Of a DNA stretch of 64,000 nucleotides, positions 9,548 to 18,516 are shown one piece after another (position 1 is the first letter of the stretch; every line of letters begins with the position of its first letter). The position numbers and the translations under genes are program-made. The stretch is taken from contig CAVPJU010000001.1 of assembly GCA_963705505.1 (NCBI GenBank), forward strand, positions 96,001 to 160,000, read 5' to 3'. The DNA is from an uncultured bacterium (GTDB taxonomy: Bacteria > Desulfobacterota_D > UBA1144 > Nemesobacterales > UBA2774). The notes beneath the pieces were generated by a model that worked only from the letters and a program-made list of their open reading frames with translations, searched no databases and was not told where the DNA came from.

Positions 9548-10615
9548 TTACTTCGATCTTTCTATCAGCCAGTCAGCAACTTCCGGCCATAGAGCTTTAA
9601 GCGATTTACTGCTTACGGAAAGCCCTATGTGGCCCGTCGGATAAACGATCGTTTTGGTATCTTTGCTCGACGTAAGCTCAGTGAATCCCAGGCTCGAAGC
9701 GGGCGGTACCAGGTGATCGTTTTCCGCGATCAGGTTCAATACGGGACATTTTATTTCTTTAAGGTCCACACGCCTGCCGTTTATCCTCAGTTTATTTTCA
9801 ACGAGCTGGTTTTCCTGATACAGGTATTTGACGAATTCCCTGAAAACCTCCCCTGCTACGGGGATGTTGTCGTTGAGCCATTTCTCCATGGCGAGGAAAT
9901 TATCCACAAACGCCTCATTGTCGACATTCTCGTAGAAGTTCACGTACTTCGATACCAGGTTCTGAATCGGCTTCATGAACAGAAAGCCCGACTGTAGAAA
10001 TTCGGGGGGAACGTTGCCGAAGGCATCGACGAACTTGTCCACGTCGAAATTGGGCCTGTCGCCCCAGAGGTTCAATGTGCCTTCCACTTTGAAATCAATT
10101 CCCGCCGTCATCAAGACCAGGTTCTGTAGGTCCTCCGGGTATAGCGCGGTGTACATGGCGGACATCGTCCCGCCCATGCAGTAACCGAGTATGTTCACCT
10201 TCTCGACGCCCGAATCCTTTTTGACTTTTTTAACGACCTGTCTGATGTACCTGTTTACATAGTGGTTGAGGTCGAGCTTTTTATCCTCGTCCCCGGGGGC
10301 GCCCCAGTCTATGAGATATACATCTATTCCCTTCTTGAGGAGCACTTCCACAACGCTTCTGCCCGGTTTGAGGTCCAGAATATAAGGGCGGTTCACGAGT
10401 GCGAATATCATTATTAAGGGTACCGGGTGCGTCTTTTCCGTCATGGGATGGTAATGCAGGAGACGCAGCTTATTCTCTGTGAATATCACCTCGTGAGGAG
10501 AAGCGCCTACCTCGACATCTGGCGGATTAAGTAATGCTATTTCAATTGCTTTGCTGAATTTTTCTCTCGCCTTCCCGGCTTCCTGCATGGCGGAGTCCAT
10601 GTATTTATTTCCCAT
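9548..10615 (-). CDS. phaC: Class III/IV poly(R)-hydroxyalkanoate synthase subunit PhaC
   Basis: ALVNRPYILDL, YLIDWG, lipase box GYCMGG, DHLVP, GHIG; 355 aa. Confidence 0.93.
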   Translation of the reverse strand: MGNKYMDSAMQEAGKAREKFSKAIEIALLNPPDVEVGASPHEVIFTENKLRLLHYHPMTEKTHPVPLIMIFALVNRPYILDLKPGRSVVEVLLKKGIDVYLIDWGAPGDEDKKLDLNHYVNRYIRQVVKKVKKDSGVEKVNILGYCMGGTMSAMYTALYPEDLQNLVLMTAGIDFKVEGTLNLWGDRPNFDVDKFVDAFGNVPPEFLQSGFLFMKPIQNLVSKYVNFYENVDNEAFVDNFLAMEKWLNDNIPVAGEVFREFVKYLYQENQLVENKLRINGRRVDLKEIKCPVLNLIAENDHLVPPASSLGFTELTSSKDTKTIVYPTGHIGLSVSSKSLKALWPEVADWLIERSK

Positions 10616-10682
10616 ATTAATTTCAAGCCTCCTAATTTACCCACGGCTGACCCGCTAGAAGAATCGGGTCTTAAAGTAATAT

Positions 10683-11126
10683 TTATTTCTTTGGAGTGCG
10701 GACGGGCTTACTTAAATCGTCCACCTTATCGACGATGTCGTTTACTTTTTCTTCCAGGTTGTTGAGGGACGCGAGCACCCTGTCGATATCGCTCTTTGTC
10801 GGAAAACGCATATTCTTCAGAGTCTTTTCGACTGCTTCATCGAAATACTTCTTGAACTCGGAGGATTTTTCGACTGCCTTTCCGATGTTAGCGGCGAACA
10901 GAGGGCTGTTTACCCATTTCTCCAGGACTTCCGACGAGGATTTTTCCCAGGTCTCATAAAACTTCTTATACTGGGCTATCGGGTCGTAGTCCTGCCCTTT
11001 TTCAACCGCCTCATTTTTAGTCAGGGGATTCTTTTTCCACATGTCCATGGCTTCGGACATGGTTTTTTCCCAGGCCTCATAAAACTTCTTATACTGCTCC
11101 GTATAATCGAATGTCTCTTTGCTCAT
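10683..11126 (-). CDS. PhaE/PhaR-like PHA synthase partner subunit with internal repeat
   Basis: W-rich helices then TLKNMRFPTKSDIDRV and a coiled coil, resembling the PhaE/PhaR C-terminus; directly upstream of phaC. Confidence 0.7.
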   Translation of the reverse strand: MSKETFDYTEQYKKFYEAWEKTMSEAMDMWKKNPLTKNEAVEKGQDYDPIAQYKKFYETWEKSSSEVLEKWVNSPLFAANIGKAVEKSSEFKKYFDEAVEKTLKNMRFPTKSDIDRVLASLNNLEEKVNDIVDKVDDLSKPVRTPKK

Positions 11127-11491
11127 TGTTTTTTCTCCTTAACTTTATTTTTCGGACTTCTGGTTCCGGCTTTCGGTTTAGATTTTTTGGCACTCGTCTG
11201 GAGGTCAGTGATCTTGCTCTCGAGCTCCGCTATTTTCTCTCCGAGCGAATCCAGCGTGTCGATGAGCTTGTCCATGTCTTTTTTCTCGGGCAGGTATCTC
11301 TGCTCGAGTGTTTGCTCCATGAAACTATGGATGTAGCTCTTGAATTCGGAGGACTTTTCCACGGCCCTTTCCATGAGCGGGCTGTTCATCCATACATCCA
11401 TTAATTTATTTGTGGATTCTTCCCATGACTCGAAGAGCTTCTTGAAATAACTGAAGTAATAAATCTCTTCATACTCTTTTTTCTTTTCCAA
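11123..11491 (-). CDS. Second PhaE/PhaR-like paralog
   Basis: Shares WMNSPL..AVEKSSEFK..LP.K.D.D with the downstream gene; TTG start at 11491 after GGAGG; 4-nt overlap with next gene. Confidence 0.65.
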   Translation of the reverse strand: MEKKKEYEEIYYFSYFKKLFESWEESTNKLMDVWMNSPLMERAVEKSSEFKSYIHSFMEQTLEQRYLPEKKDMDKLIDTLDSLGEKIAELESKITDLQTSAKKSKPKAGTRSPKNKVKEKKQ

Positions 11492-11597
11492 TCCTGTCCT
11501 CCCGAACAAAATCTTCGGAGCCGTGTGATCTATACCTTATATTATACTACATATTAACATCCGTTAATTACAGAGCCCTGCTTTACCGTATCTTTAA

Positions 11598-12014
11598 TCA
11601 GGAGGTGAAGGAGCTCACGTATTTATCAAACGCGGAGAATGCTCTTTCCGCGGATCTTTGGTTGAGGTCGAGGAACTCTTTTGAATAATTGTCGGATATT
11701 TTTTTGAAAATACTATAGAAATTGTTTTGAAATTCTATAACACGGTCCAGGTTTTCGCTGATTCCGAGATTGGAATACTCTTTCGGGAGCTTCTTGAATA
11801 CGGATTTGATCTGCTCCGTGTAATCTTTCTGGATTTTGGTAAGCTGCTCAATCTGGGCATCCAGGATTCTCTTGTTTTCTTCGAGAAGCGAGTGAGCAGT
11901 GTCAAGTCCAATCAAATAATTATCCTTCACTATTCCGTTTAAATCATAACATAATTCATTTTTAGCCTCGACCTTCACTTCTTTTTTAGGTGCTGCTTTC
12001 TTGGTTTGCGGCAT
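11598..12014 (-). CDS. Putative phasin-like granule-associated protein
   Basis: 138-aa helical amphipathic protein with K/A-rich N-terminus at the head of the pha cluster; GGGAGG RBS; function from context. Confidence 0.5.
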   Translation of the reverse strand: MPQTKKAAPKKEVKVEAKNELCYDLNGIVKDNYLIGLDTAHSLLEENKRILDAQIEQLTKIQKDYTEQIKSVFKKLPKEYSNLGISENLDRVIEFQNNFYSIFKKISDNYSKEFLDLNQRSAERAFSAFDKYVSSFTS

Positions 12015-12345
12015 TTTTATTACCTCCCCTTGTTATCGTTCTACGATAAATATAATTAGTCCCCGTTTATTGTCAAGGCGTGTTGTTAGCAATTGCACAA
12101 TTGTATTATTCAGTCATGTCTGATGGTTATGAAATCGACTCCTTATGTTTCATAGCAACAGCGGTAGCACGGTGATCTCGGTTTAGAATTCTATAGTCCT
12201 CGAATCGCGCAGAATGCGATACGAGACCGGGTTAAAATGCCGGGTGGCCTGATTTCTTAAGAAATCAATCGCAACCACCTGAAATCTATACTTTCTATTC
12301 TTATAATATATATCCGGTACCATAATTTTGTAGAGAGGATATGAA

Positions 12346-13500
12346 TTGAAGCGGATTGCGGTTCTTTTAACGGTTCTGATTCTCACGGCGCTACCGGGTT
12401 TTGCTCAAACTGACGGGCAAATACATGATAGAGATACCGGTAACGCAGACCAGAATAAGGTTTTAACATTCGGCTGTCTCCTTCCGCTGACGGGTAAGTA
12501 CAGATTGCTGGGCGAGAAGGCGCTTAATGGTATCCTTGCCGGTGCGGCTTCCGCGCCTCCGGGCTTCGAATACCGGGTTATTGTAAAAGATATAGGGGAC
12601 AGTGACAGGAGATTGACAACCGCGCTTGACGAGCTGCTACAAACCCCCGACTTATCGTTCATCGTGGGCCCGTTTCCCAGTAAATTCATCCATATCGTGA
12701 ATTCACGCGTCAATTCGGAAAGAGTTCCGACAGTGGTGTTCCCGATAACCGAGGATGAATCCACGGGCGGCCCTTATATAATAAAGTTTTATTACCCTCT
12801 TGAAGAGCAGGTGAGGGTGATTTCCCGGTACGCTGCCCGGGAACTCGGAGTCAGGACATTCGGGGTCCTCTATCCTAAAACCCCGCTCGGTAAGAGGATG
12901 AAGGAGCTTTTCTCAGCGGATGTCGCCGAGTACGGAGGGAGGCTCGCGTACGAGGGGTCTTATGACCCGGAATCGAGGGATATTTCCAAGGAAGTCGGCT
13001 GGATATCATCCGTCAGACCTGAGGCCATATTCATACCCGACGGCGCTGCGTCCTCAGCCGAGCTGATTTTGAGGCTCAAAAGGGACGGAAAACTGAGGGA
13101 CGTGCTCTTTTTAGGACCCAGCACATGGAATAGCCCCGTGTTTTTAGACCTGATAGGACATGAGATAGACGGGTTTGTCTACAGGGCGGTATTCACGGAT
13201 ATCTTTTTTTACGGAGACGGGGATTGGGAAGAGTTCTCGAAGGTTATGGAAGGCAAGTTTCAGGAAAAACCGGATTTCTTCGAGTATCAGAATTACAGGG
13301 CCGTCAAACTCATGCTCTCCCTTGAGCGGGGAGGAGACCCGGGTAAAAAAGCTATAGCGGATGCCCTTAATTCGCTGAATAGCGATCCCGTTTATGGAAT
13401 AAGAAGAGATAAGAGCGGCAGCTTTCAAATTTCGCCGCGTTATAGGATCCTTTCCGTCAGCGACGGGGAGCTTATAGATATCATGGAAGTCAACCGATGA
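12346..13500 (+). CDS. Periplasmic binding-fold protein (LpoA/LppC or branched-chain SBP-like)
   Basis: Signal peptide, GCLLPLTGKY, IVGP, PEAIFIPD. Confidence 0.7.
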   Translation: MKRIAVLLTVLILTALPGFAQTDGQIHDRDTGNADQNKVLTFGCLLPLTGKYRLLGEKALNGILAGAASAPPGFEYRVIVKDIGDSDRRLTTALDELLQTPDLSFIVGPFPSKFIHIVNSRVNSERVPTVVFPITEDESTGGPYIIKFYYPLEEQVRVISRYAARELGVRTFGVLYPKTPLGKRMKELFSADVAEYGGRLAYEGSYDPESRDISKEVGWISSVRPEAIFIPDGAASSAELILRLKRDGKLRDVLFLGPSTWNSPVFLDLIGHEIDGFVYRAVFTDIFFYGDGDWEEFSKVMEGKFQEKPDFFEYQNYRAVKLMLSLERGGDPGKKAIADALNSLNSDPVYGIRRDKSGSFQISPRYRILSVSDGELIDIMEVNR

Positions 13501-13539
13501 TTTATTTCTTCGGAGCAGTACGAGGCCGGTTTATTTGAA

Positions 13540-14355
13540 TCAATAGTCCCCAAGGAAGTTGTGACGACCGGGAGCGAGGTATCCGATTACGAAGAGGGTG
13601 AAGAGTATTATCCCGAACCCCAGAACGGCGCCGAACGCCGCCTTCCGTCCCTTCCAGCCCGAGGCTAGCCTCCCGTGTAGAAGGACTGCGTATAATAGCC
13701 ATGTGACCAGCGACCAGGTCTCCTTCTGCCCCCATACCCAGCCCTTTCCCCAGATTTCTTTTGCAAGGAGCAATCCCAGAGCGAGACCCACCGTTATCAG
13801 GGGGAAACCGATTATGAGACAAACGTGGTTGATTTTATCGAGAGTGGTGAGAGAAGGGAATTTCTGGAGCAGGCTTCCCACTCGCTTGGATTTTATCCTT
13901 TGTTCCTGGAACAGATATAACAGGCCCGAGATAAAGGCTACCGTGAATAAGGCCTCTCCCAGAAGAATGAATATTATGTGGATCAGTATCCAGGGGTTTC
14001 CGAGGGAGGACTCGTGCTCGATTATTCCCTGGGGCAGTATAACGTGGGGCAGCGTCATGATGAAAGCGAGCGGGGATACGAATGCCCCCAGCAGCGGCGC
14101 GTTGAATATTATCTGTGATCCTATGAATACCAGCGTGATAGCCAATGCGAAGAGGTATAGAGTGGTGTCGAGCCCGCCTGCTATGGGGTCTCCCCTGAGA
14201 TAAAGCATCACAAGGCTGACCGATTGAAAAATGGTCCCGAGAACGACCGTGTAGAATCCGAGCCTGGAGCCCGTCCTGCTCTCGGTCCAGATGTGGCTCA
14301 TGTAGAAGACGGACGAGATGAAATATAAAAGAGCTGTAATCCAGTATAAATCCAT
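13540..14355 (-). CDS. ccsA: Cytochrome c assembly protein (CcsA/HemX-like)
   Basis: Multiple TM helices, WILIH, WGKGWVWGQKETWSLVTW (WWD-like), YAVLLH. Confidence 0.8.
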   Translation of the reverse strand: MDLYWITALLYFISSVFYMSHIWTESRTGSRLGFYTVVLGTIFQSVSLVMLYLRGDPIAGGLDTTLYLFALAITLVFIGSQIIFNAPLLGAFVSPLAFIMTLPHVILPQGIIEHESSLGNPWILIHIIFILLGEALFTVAFISGLLYLFQEQRIKSKRVGSLLQKFPSLTTLDKINHVCLIIGFPLITVGLALGLLLAKEIWGKGWVWGQKETWSLVTWLLYAVLLHGRLASGWKGRKAAFGAVLGFGIILFTLFVIGYLAPGRHNFLGDY

Positions 14356-14497
14356 ACCTATATTTTATTTAGATAGTGTTTAAATACAATAAAAGCCGCT
14401 AAATAAGGCTGCTGATTCATATGCCGACGGGTTATAGCATATACACGCCGACGCTTTCACGGAAATGGCGATCCTATAGGATGATGACGAAAGGATA

Positions 14498-15571
14498 TTA
14501 AGAGAACGCCGTCTCTTTGAGAATCTCGGTTTGGTAATGGGTAGTAAGGGCATCGATCAATTCATCCATATTGCCGTTCAGTATATCTTCGATTTTATAG
14601 AGCGTGAGTCCGATCCTGTGGTCCGTGATTCTCCCGTCCCGGAAATTATATGTCCTTATCTTCTCACTCCTGTCTCCGCTTCCGACAAGGCTTTTTCTCG
14701 TGCTTGCGAGCTCGCTCCGCCTCTTTTGCTCCTCTATCTCGTATAGTTTCGCACGTAACATCCTCATGGCGTGTGCGCGGTTTTTGTGCTGCGATCTCTC
14801 GTCCTGGCATTGTACTACGATTCCCGTGGGCAGATGTGTGATCCTGATTGCGGAATCCGTTTTGTTCACATGCTGGCCCCCGGGGCCCGACGCGCGGTAA
14901 GTATCAATTTTCAGGTCCTTTTCATCTATATCGACTTCGACCTCATCCGGCTCCGCGAGCACCGCCACCGTGGCAGTCGAGGTGTGGATCCTTCCGCTCG
15001 TTTCCGTCGCCGGAACTCTTTGCACCCTGTGCACTCCGCTCTCGTACTTGAGCCTGCTGTAAACGTTTTTGCCCTCGATTGCGACTATCGCCTCTTTTAG
15101 CCCGCCGATGCCGGTTTCGCTCAAGCTGATGACCTCCACCTTCCATTTATTAGCTTCGGCGTATCTCGAATACATCCTGAATAAATCAGCCGCAAACAGC
15201 GCGGCCTCGTCTCCCCCGGTCCCTCCCCTTATCTCGAGAAAGACGTTCTTTGCGTCGTTCGGGTCCGTGGGAAGAAGTAATAGGCGGAGCTCTTCCTCAA
15301 GACTCAAGAGCTCTTTATCGAGCCCTTCGATCTCCTCCCGCGCGAGGTCCCCGAGGTCCTTGTCTTTAAGGAGAGTTTTATTTTCCTCGATTTTTTCGAG
15401 CACGTTTTTATACTTCCGATAGACTTCCACTATCTCGTCGAGGTCTGATAATTCCTTGGAATACTTATGAATTTCAGGCGGACTTATATCGGGTTGACTT
15501 AATGTTCTCTCGATTTCAAGGTATTTTTTCTCGACTTCTTCAAGCCGTTTTAACATTCCTAATTCTGCCAT
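14498..15571 (-). CDS. prfA: Peptide chain release factor 1
   Basis: [11 protein letters not shown] (PxT), [18 protein letters not shown]. Confidence 0.96.
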   Translation of the reverse strand: MAELGMLKRLEEVEKKYLEIERTLSQPDISPPEIHKYSKELSDLDEIVEVYRKYKNVLEKIEENKTLLKDKDLGDLAREEIEGLDKELLSLEEELRLLLLPTDPNDAKNVFLEIRGGTGGDEAALFAADLFRMYSRYAEANKWKVEVISLSETGIGGLKEAIVAIEGKNVYSRLKYESGVHRVQRVPATETSGRIHTSTATVAVLAEPDEVEVDIDEKDLKIDTYRASGPGGQHVNKTDSAIRITHLPTGIVVQCQDERSQHKNRAHAMRMLRAKLYEIEEQKRRSELASTRKSLVGSGDRSEKIRTYNFRDGRITDHRIGLTLYKIEDILNGNMDELIDALTTHYQTEILKETAFS

Positions 15572-15639
15572 TTCCTACTAATATCATCACACATCTTGCA
15601 AAAATTTCAAGATAATATTAAACTTGTCTAGGTAAGACA

Positions 15640-15849
15640 ATGGAAACAATGGATATTCTTGAGGGCAAAATAAAAGAGGCTCTATCGAGGAAAACAAAGC
15701 TCGAAGTGGAGCACAAAAACCTTATGGAGGAAGTCGCAAGTCTCAGGGAAAGTGTAAAGAAACTTGAGAAGGAAAGGGACGATATTAAACAGAAGTTAGA
15801 CAGAGTGATCGAGAAGGTTGAGATTTATTTAAGCAGGTCTGAGGCATAG
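15640..15849 (+). CDS. ZapB-like coiled-coil cell division protein
   Basis: 69-aa coiled coil (LEGKIKEAL) directly upstream of zapA. Confidence 0.6.
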   Translation: METMDILEGKIKEALSRKTKLEVEHKNLMEEVASLRESVKKLEKERDDIKQKLDRVIEKVEIYLSRSEA

Positions 15850-15850
15850 C

Positions 15851-16213
15851 ATGAAACGTCTGAAGATTAAATTCTTGGATATGGATTATTTTATTAAAAC
15901 AGACGCTGATGAAGATTATGTGCAGAAGATTGCTTTATTTCTGGAGCAAAAAGTGAAAGAGATATCAGCCCAGGACAGCAGCATGGTCGTGCCGAATGCC
16001 CTTCTGCTTGCGATGCTCAAAATTACCGATGACTACTTCAAACTATTAAAAGACTTTGAGGAATTTAAGGACAGTGCTGAAGAGAGATCAAAGAGATTGG
16101 TTCAAATACTGGAAAGCTCCCTTAACGAAAAAGAAACCTTTGGTATTGACGAAGGAATTCTTAGAGAGGAACTCGGAAGAGAAGAATTGGAAGACTCGTA
16201 TAAATACAGATGA
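15851..16213 (+). CDS. zapA: Cell division protein ZapA
   Basis: IKFLDMDYFIKTDADEDYVQKIA..LAMLKITDDY; zapA-ygfA-rny synteny. Confidence 0.8.
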   Translation: MKRLKIKFLDMDYFIKTDADEDYVQKIALFLEQKVKEISAQDSSMVVPNALLLAMLKITDDYFKLLKDFEEFKDSAEERSKRLVQILESSLNEKETFGIDEGILREELGREELEDSYKYR

Positions 16214-16835
16214 TCTTGATATATCAGATACGCTTCTTTCCCTCTTAGAGGTAGGGGGTTCAAATCTTAAAAAACAAAAAGAATACGTACGCTCGTATTT
16301 TTTAAAGAGAAGATACCGCCTTTCCAATCCTGACATAGTAGAGAAAAGCCGCCGGATATCCGGGAACCTGACGTCTCTTGAGCGCTTTATACGCTCAAAG
16401 AGGGTAGGTTTATATTTTCCTGTCCGTAATGAGGTCGATACGAGGGAGATATTCTCCCGATCTATAGGATCCGGGAAAGAGGTTTATTTCCCCAGGGTAG
16501 AAGGACCCGAGCTCACTTTTCATAGAGTCTTAGACATAAATGAACTTAAACCCGGGAAATTCGGCATCCCGGAGCCTGATTCAAGCTCATCAATCATAGA
16601 GCCCGAGAGACTTGACCTCATTCTTATACCCGGAGTCGCTTTTGACCCTTCCGGAGTGAGGCTCGGGTACGGAAAGGGATATTATGACAGATTGCTCGCA
16701 CGCATTCCTATAAATAAAAGGGTTGCCGTAGCTTACTCATTCCAGATGTCCGGTCCACTCCCTCACGGCGAGGAGGACATCTCTATGGGTCTGGTGGCGA
16801 CCGAGTTGGGAATAATATTTTGCAGGAGAATATAA
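16146..16835 (+). CDS. 5-formyltetrahydrofolate cyclo-ligase (start codon uncertain)
   Basis: NEVDT, YFPRV, FGIPEP, LIPGVAFD, RLGYGKGYYDR. Confidence 0.88.
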   Translation: MTKEFLERNSEEKNWKTRINTDDLDISDTLLSLLEVGGSNLKKQKEYVRSYFLKRRYRLSNPDIVEKSRRISGNLTSLERFIRSKRVGLYFPVRNEVDTREIFSRSIGSGKEVYFPRVEGPELTFHRVLDINELKPGKFGIPEPDSSSSIIEPERLDLILIPGVAFDPSGVRLGYGKGYYDRLLARIPINKRVAVAYSFQMSGPLPHGEEDISMGLVATELGIIFCRRI

Positions 16836-16848
16836 GGAGGAAAATAAA

Positions 16849-18411
16849 ATGACTGAATTGATAGTCGCAGCGGCTGCTTCGCTTGTAGCCTTCGCTTTGG
16901 GTTATTTCGTTAATCACCTGTACAGACAGATGGAATTGAAGAAGAAAATTGGTCTGAAGAAGGACGAAGCCGAGGTTATCATAGAGAGCGCCAGAAAGGA
17001 AGCCGAGAAAATCAGGGTGCAGGGTGAATTGAAAGCAAAGGAGATAGTCGAGAGAAGGGGCTCTGAGATAGAGAACGAGGCGAGGGAGAAGCAGAGAGAG
17101 GCGTTTAAAACGGAAAAGAGACTCCAGAAACGCGAAGAAACCCTTGATAAGAAATACGAGGCTGTTGAAAAGAGGGAGTCCGACATTTCAAGGAAGGATA
17201 GGGATTTGGTACAGAAGGAACAGGCCCTCGGAGAAAAACAGAAGGAGCTCGACGCGGTAATCAATGAGGCCAAGAAAAAGATCGAGGATATTGCCGGTAT
17301 GACTCAGGAAGCCGCCAAGAATGAGCTCGTCAATATTATTGAAGATGAAGCGAGGCATGAAGCCGCCAAGAAGCTGAAGCAGCTTGAAGACCAGCTCCAT
17401 GAAGAGGCCGAAAGGAAAGCAAAGGATATAATAGCGCTCGCAATTCAGAAGTATTCCGGTGAATACACGAGCGAAAAGACGATATCCGTCGTGAACCTTC
17501 CCAACGACGATATGAAGGGAAGGATAATCGGGCGTGAGGGGAGGAATATCAGGTCCATAGAGGCCAGAACGGGCGTGGATATCATAATCGACGATACTCC
17601 GGAGACGGTGGTCATATCCTCTCTTAACCCTATAAGAAGGGAGATCGCGAGGATATCTCTCGAAAGGCTTATCGATGACGGCCGTATTCATCCGGCCCGG
17701 ATCGAGGAGATAGTATCCGACGTCGAAAAAGAGATCGAGCGCGAGATTCAGAAGGCGGGAGAGGAGGCACTCTTTGACCTCGGCATTCCCACCATGCATC
17801 CGGAGCTTGTAAAGCTTATCGGAAGGCTGAAATACAGGACGAGCTATTCCCAGAATATACTGAACCACTCGATCGAGGTGGCGTTTATATGCGGAATCCT
17901 GGCCGGGGAGATAGGTTACGATATTAAGCTGGCGAAGCGCGCGGGTCTTCTCCATGATATCGGGAAGGCGGTAGACCACGAGATCGAGGGCTCGCACGTC
18001 GATATCGGGGAGGACCTCGTGAGGAAATACGGGGAGCCGAAGGACGTCATAGAGGCCGTGGCTCTTGGCCATGACCCTCAGCCGCAGTTACTCCTGGCAA
18101 TCCTTGTTCAGGCCGCGGATGCGATATCCGCCGCAAGACCGGGCGCGAGGAGAGAGACCTACGAAGCTTACGTAAAGAGAATAGAGGATATCGAGAGCAT
18201 CGCGGCCTCGTTCAGGGGAGTCGAGAAGTGCTATGCGATACAGGCCGGGCGCGAGGTGAGGGTGATAGTCGAGAGCTCGAAGGTGAACGACGAGGAAGGC
18301 GCGCTGCTCTCCCACGAGATAGCGAAGAAGATCGAGAGGGAAGTCGCATACCCGGGGCAGATCAAGATAACGGTGATAAGGGAAGTCAGGTCTACGGCGT
18401 TTGCGAGCTAG
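16849..18411 (+). CDS. rny: Ribonuclease Y
   Basis: N-terminal TM, coiled coil, KH (KGRIIGREGRNIR), HD (LLHDIGKA). Confidence 0.96.
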   Translation: MTELIVAAAASLVAFALGYFVNHLYRQMELKKKIGLKKDEAEVIIESARKEAEKIRVQGELKAKEIVERRGSEIENEAREKQREAFKTEKRLQKREETLDKKYEAVEKRESDISRKDRDLVQKEQALGEKQKELDAVINEAKKKIEDIAGMTQEAAKNELVNIIEDEARHEAAKKLKQLEDQLHEEAERKAKDIIALAIQKYSGEYTSEKTISVVNLPNDDMKGRIIGREGRNIRSIEARTGVDIIIDDTPETVVISSLNPIRREIARISLERLIDDGRIHPARIEEIVSDVEKEIEREIQKAGEEALFDLGIPTMHPELVKLIGRLKYRTSYSQNILNHSIEVAFICGILAGEIGYDIKLAKRAGLLHDIGKAVDHEIEGSHVDIGEDLVRKYGEPKDVIEAVALGHDPQPQLLLAILVQAADAISAARPGARRETYEAYVKRIEDIESIAASFRGVEKCYAIQAGREVRVIVESSKVNDEEGALLSHEIAKKIEREVAYPGQIKITVIREVRSTAFAS

Positions 18412-18465
18412 TGGTTATCGATATCAGGGCGTTACAAATAAAATACACGCTTGAAATGAAGAAAT

Positions 18466-18494
18466 CCTGAGCCTGCTGAAACGGCAGGCTCAGG
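18466..18494. terminator. Strong hairpin between convergent rny and ppdK (likely bidirectional terminator)
   Basis: CCTGAGCCTGCTG-AAA-CGGCAGGCTCAGG. Confidence 0.65.
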
Positions 18495-18516
18495 CTATAT
18501 ATGAAGTGTGCAGCTT

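Noticed and set aside
17188..18072. Long antisense ORFs (e.g. 17188-18072, 2136-2942, 23536-24237, 52261-52965)
   Set aside because: They are shadows of well-supported genes on the opposite strand, with no motifs of their own.
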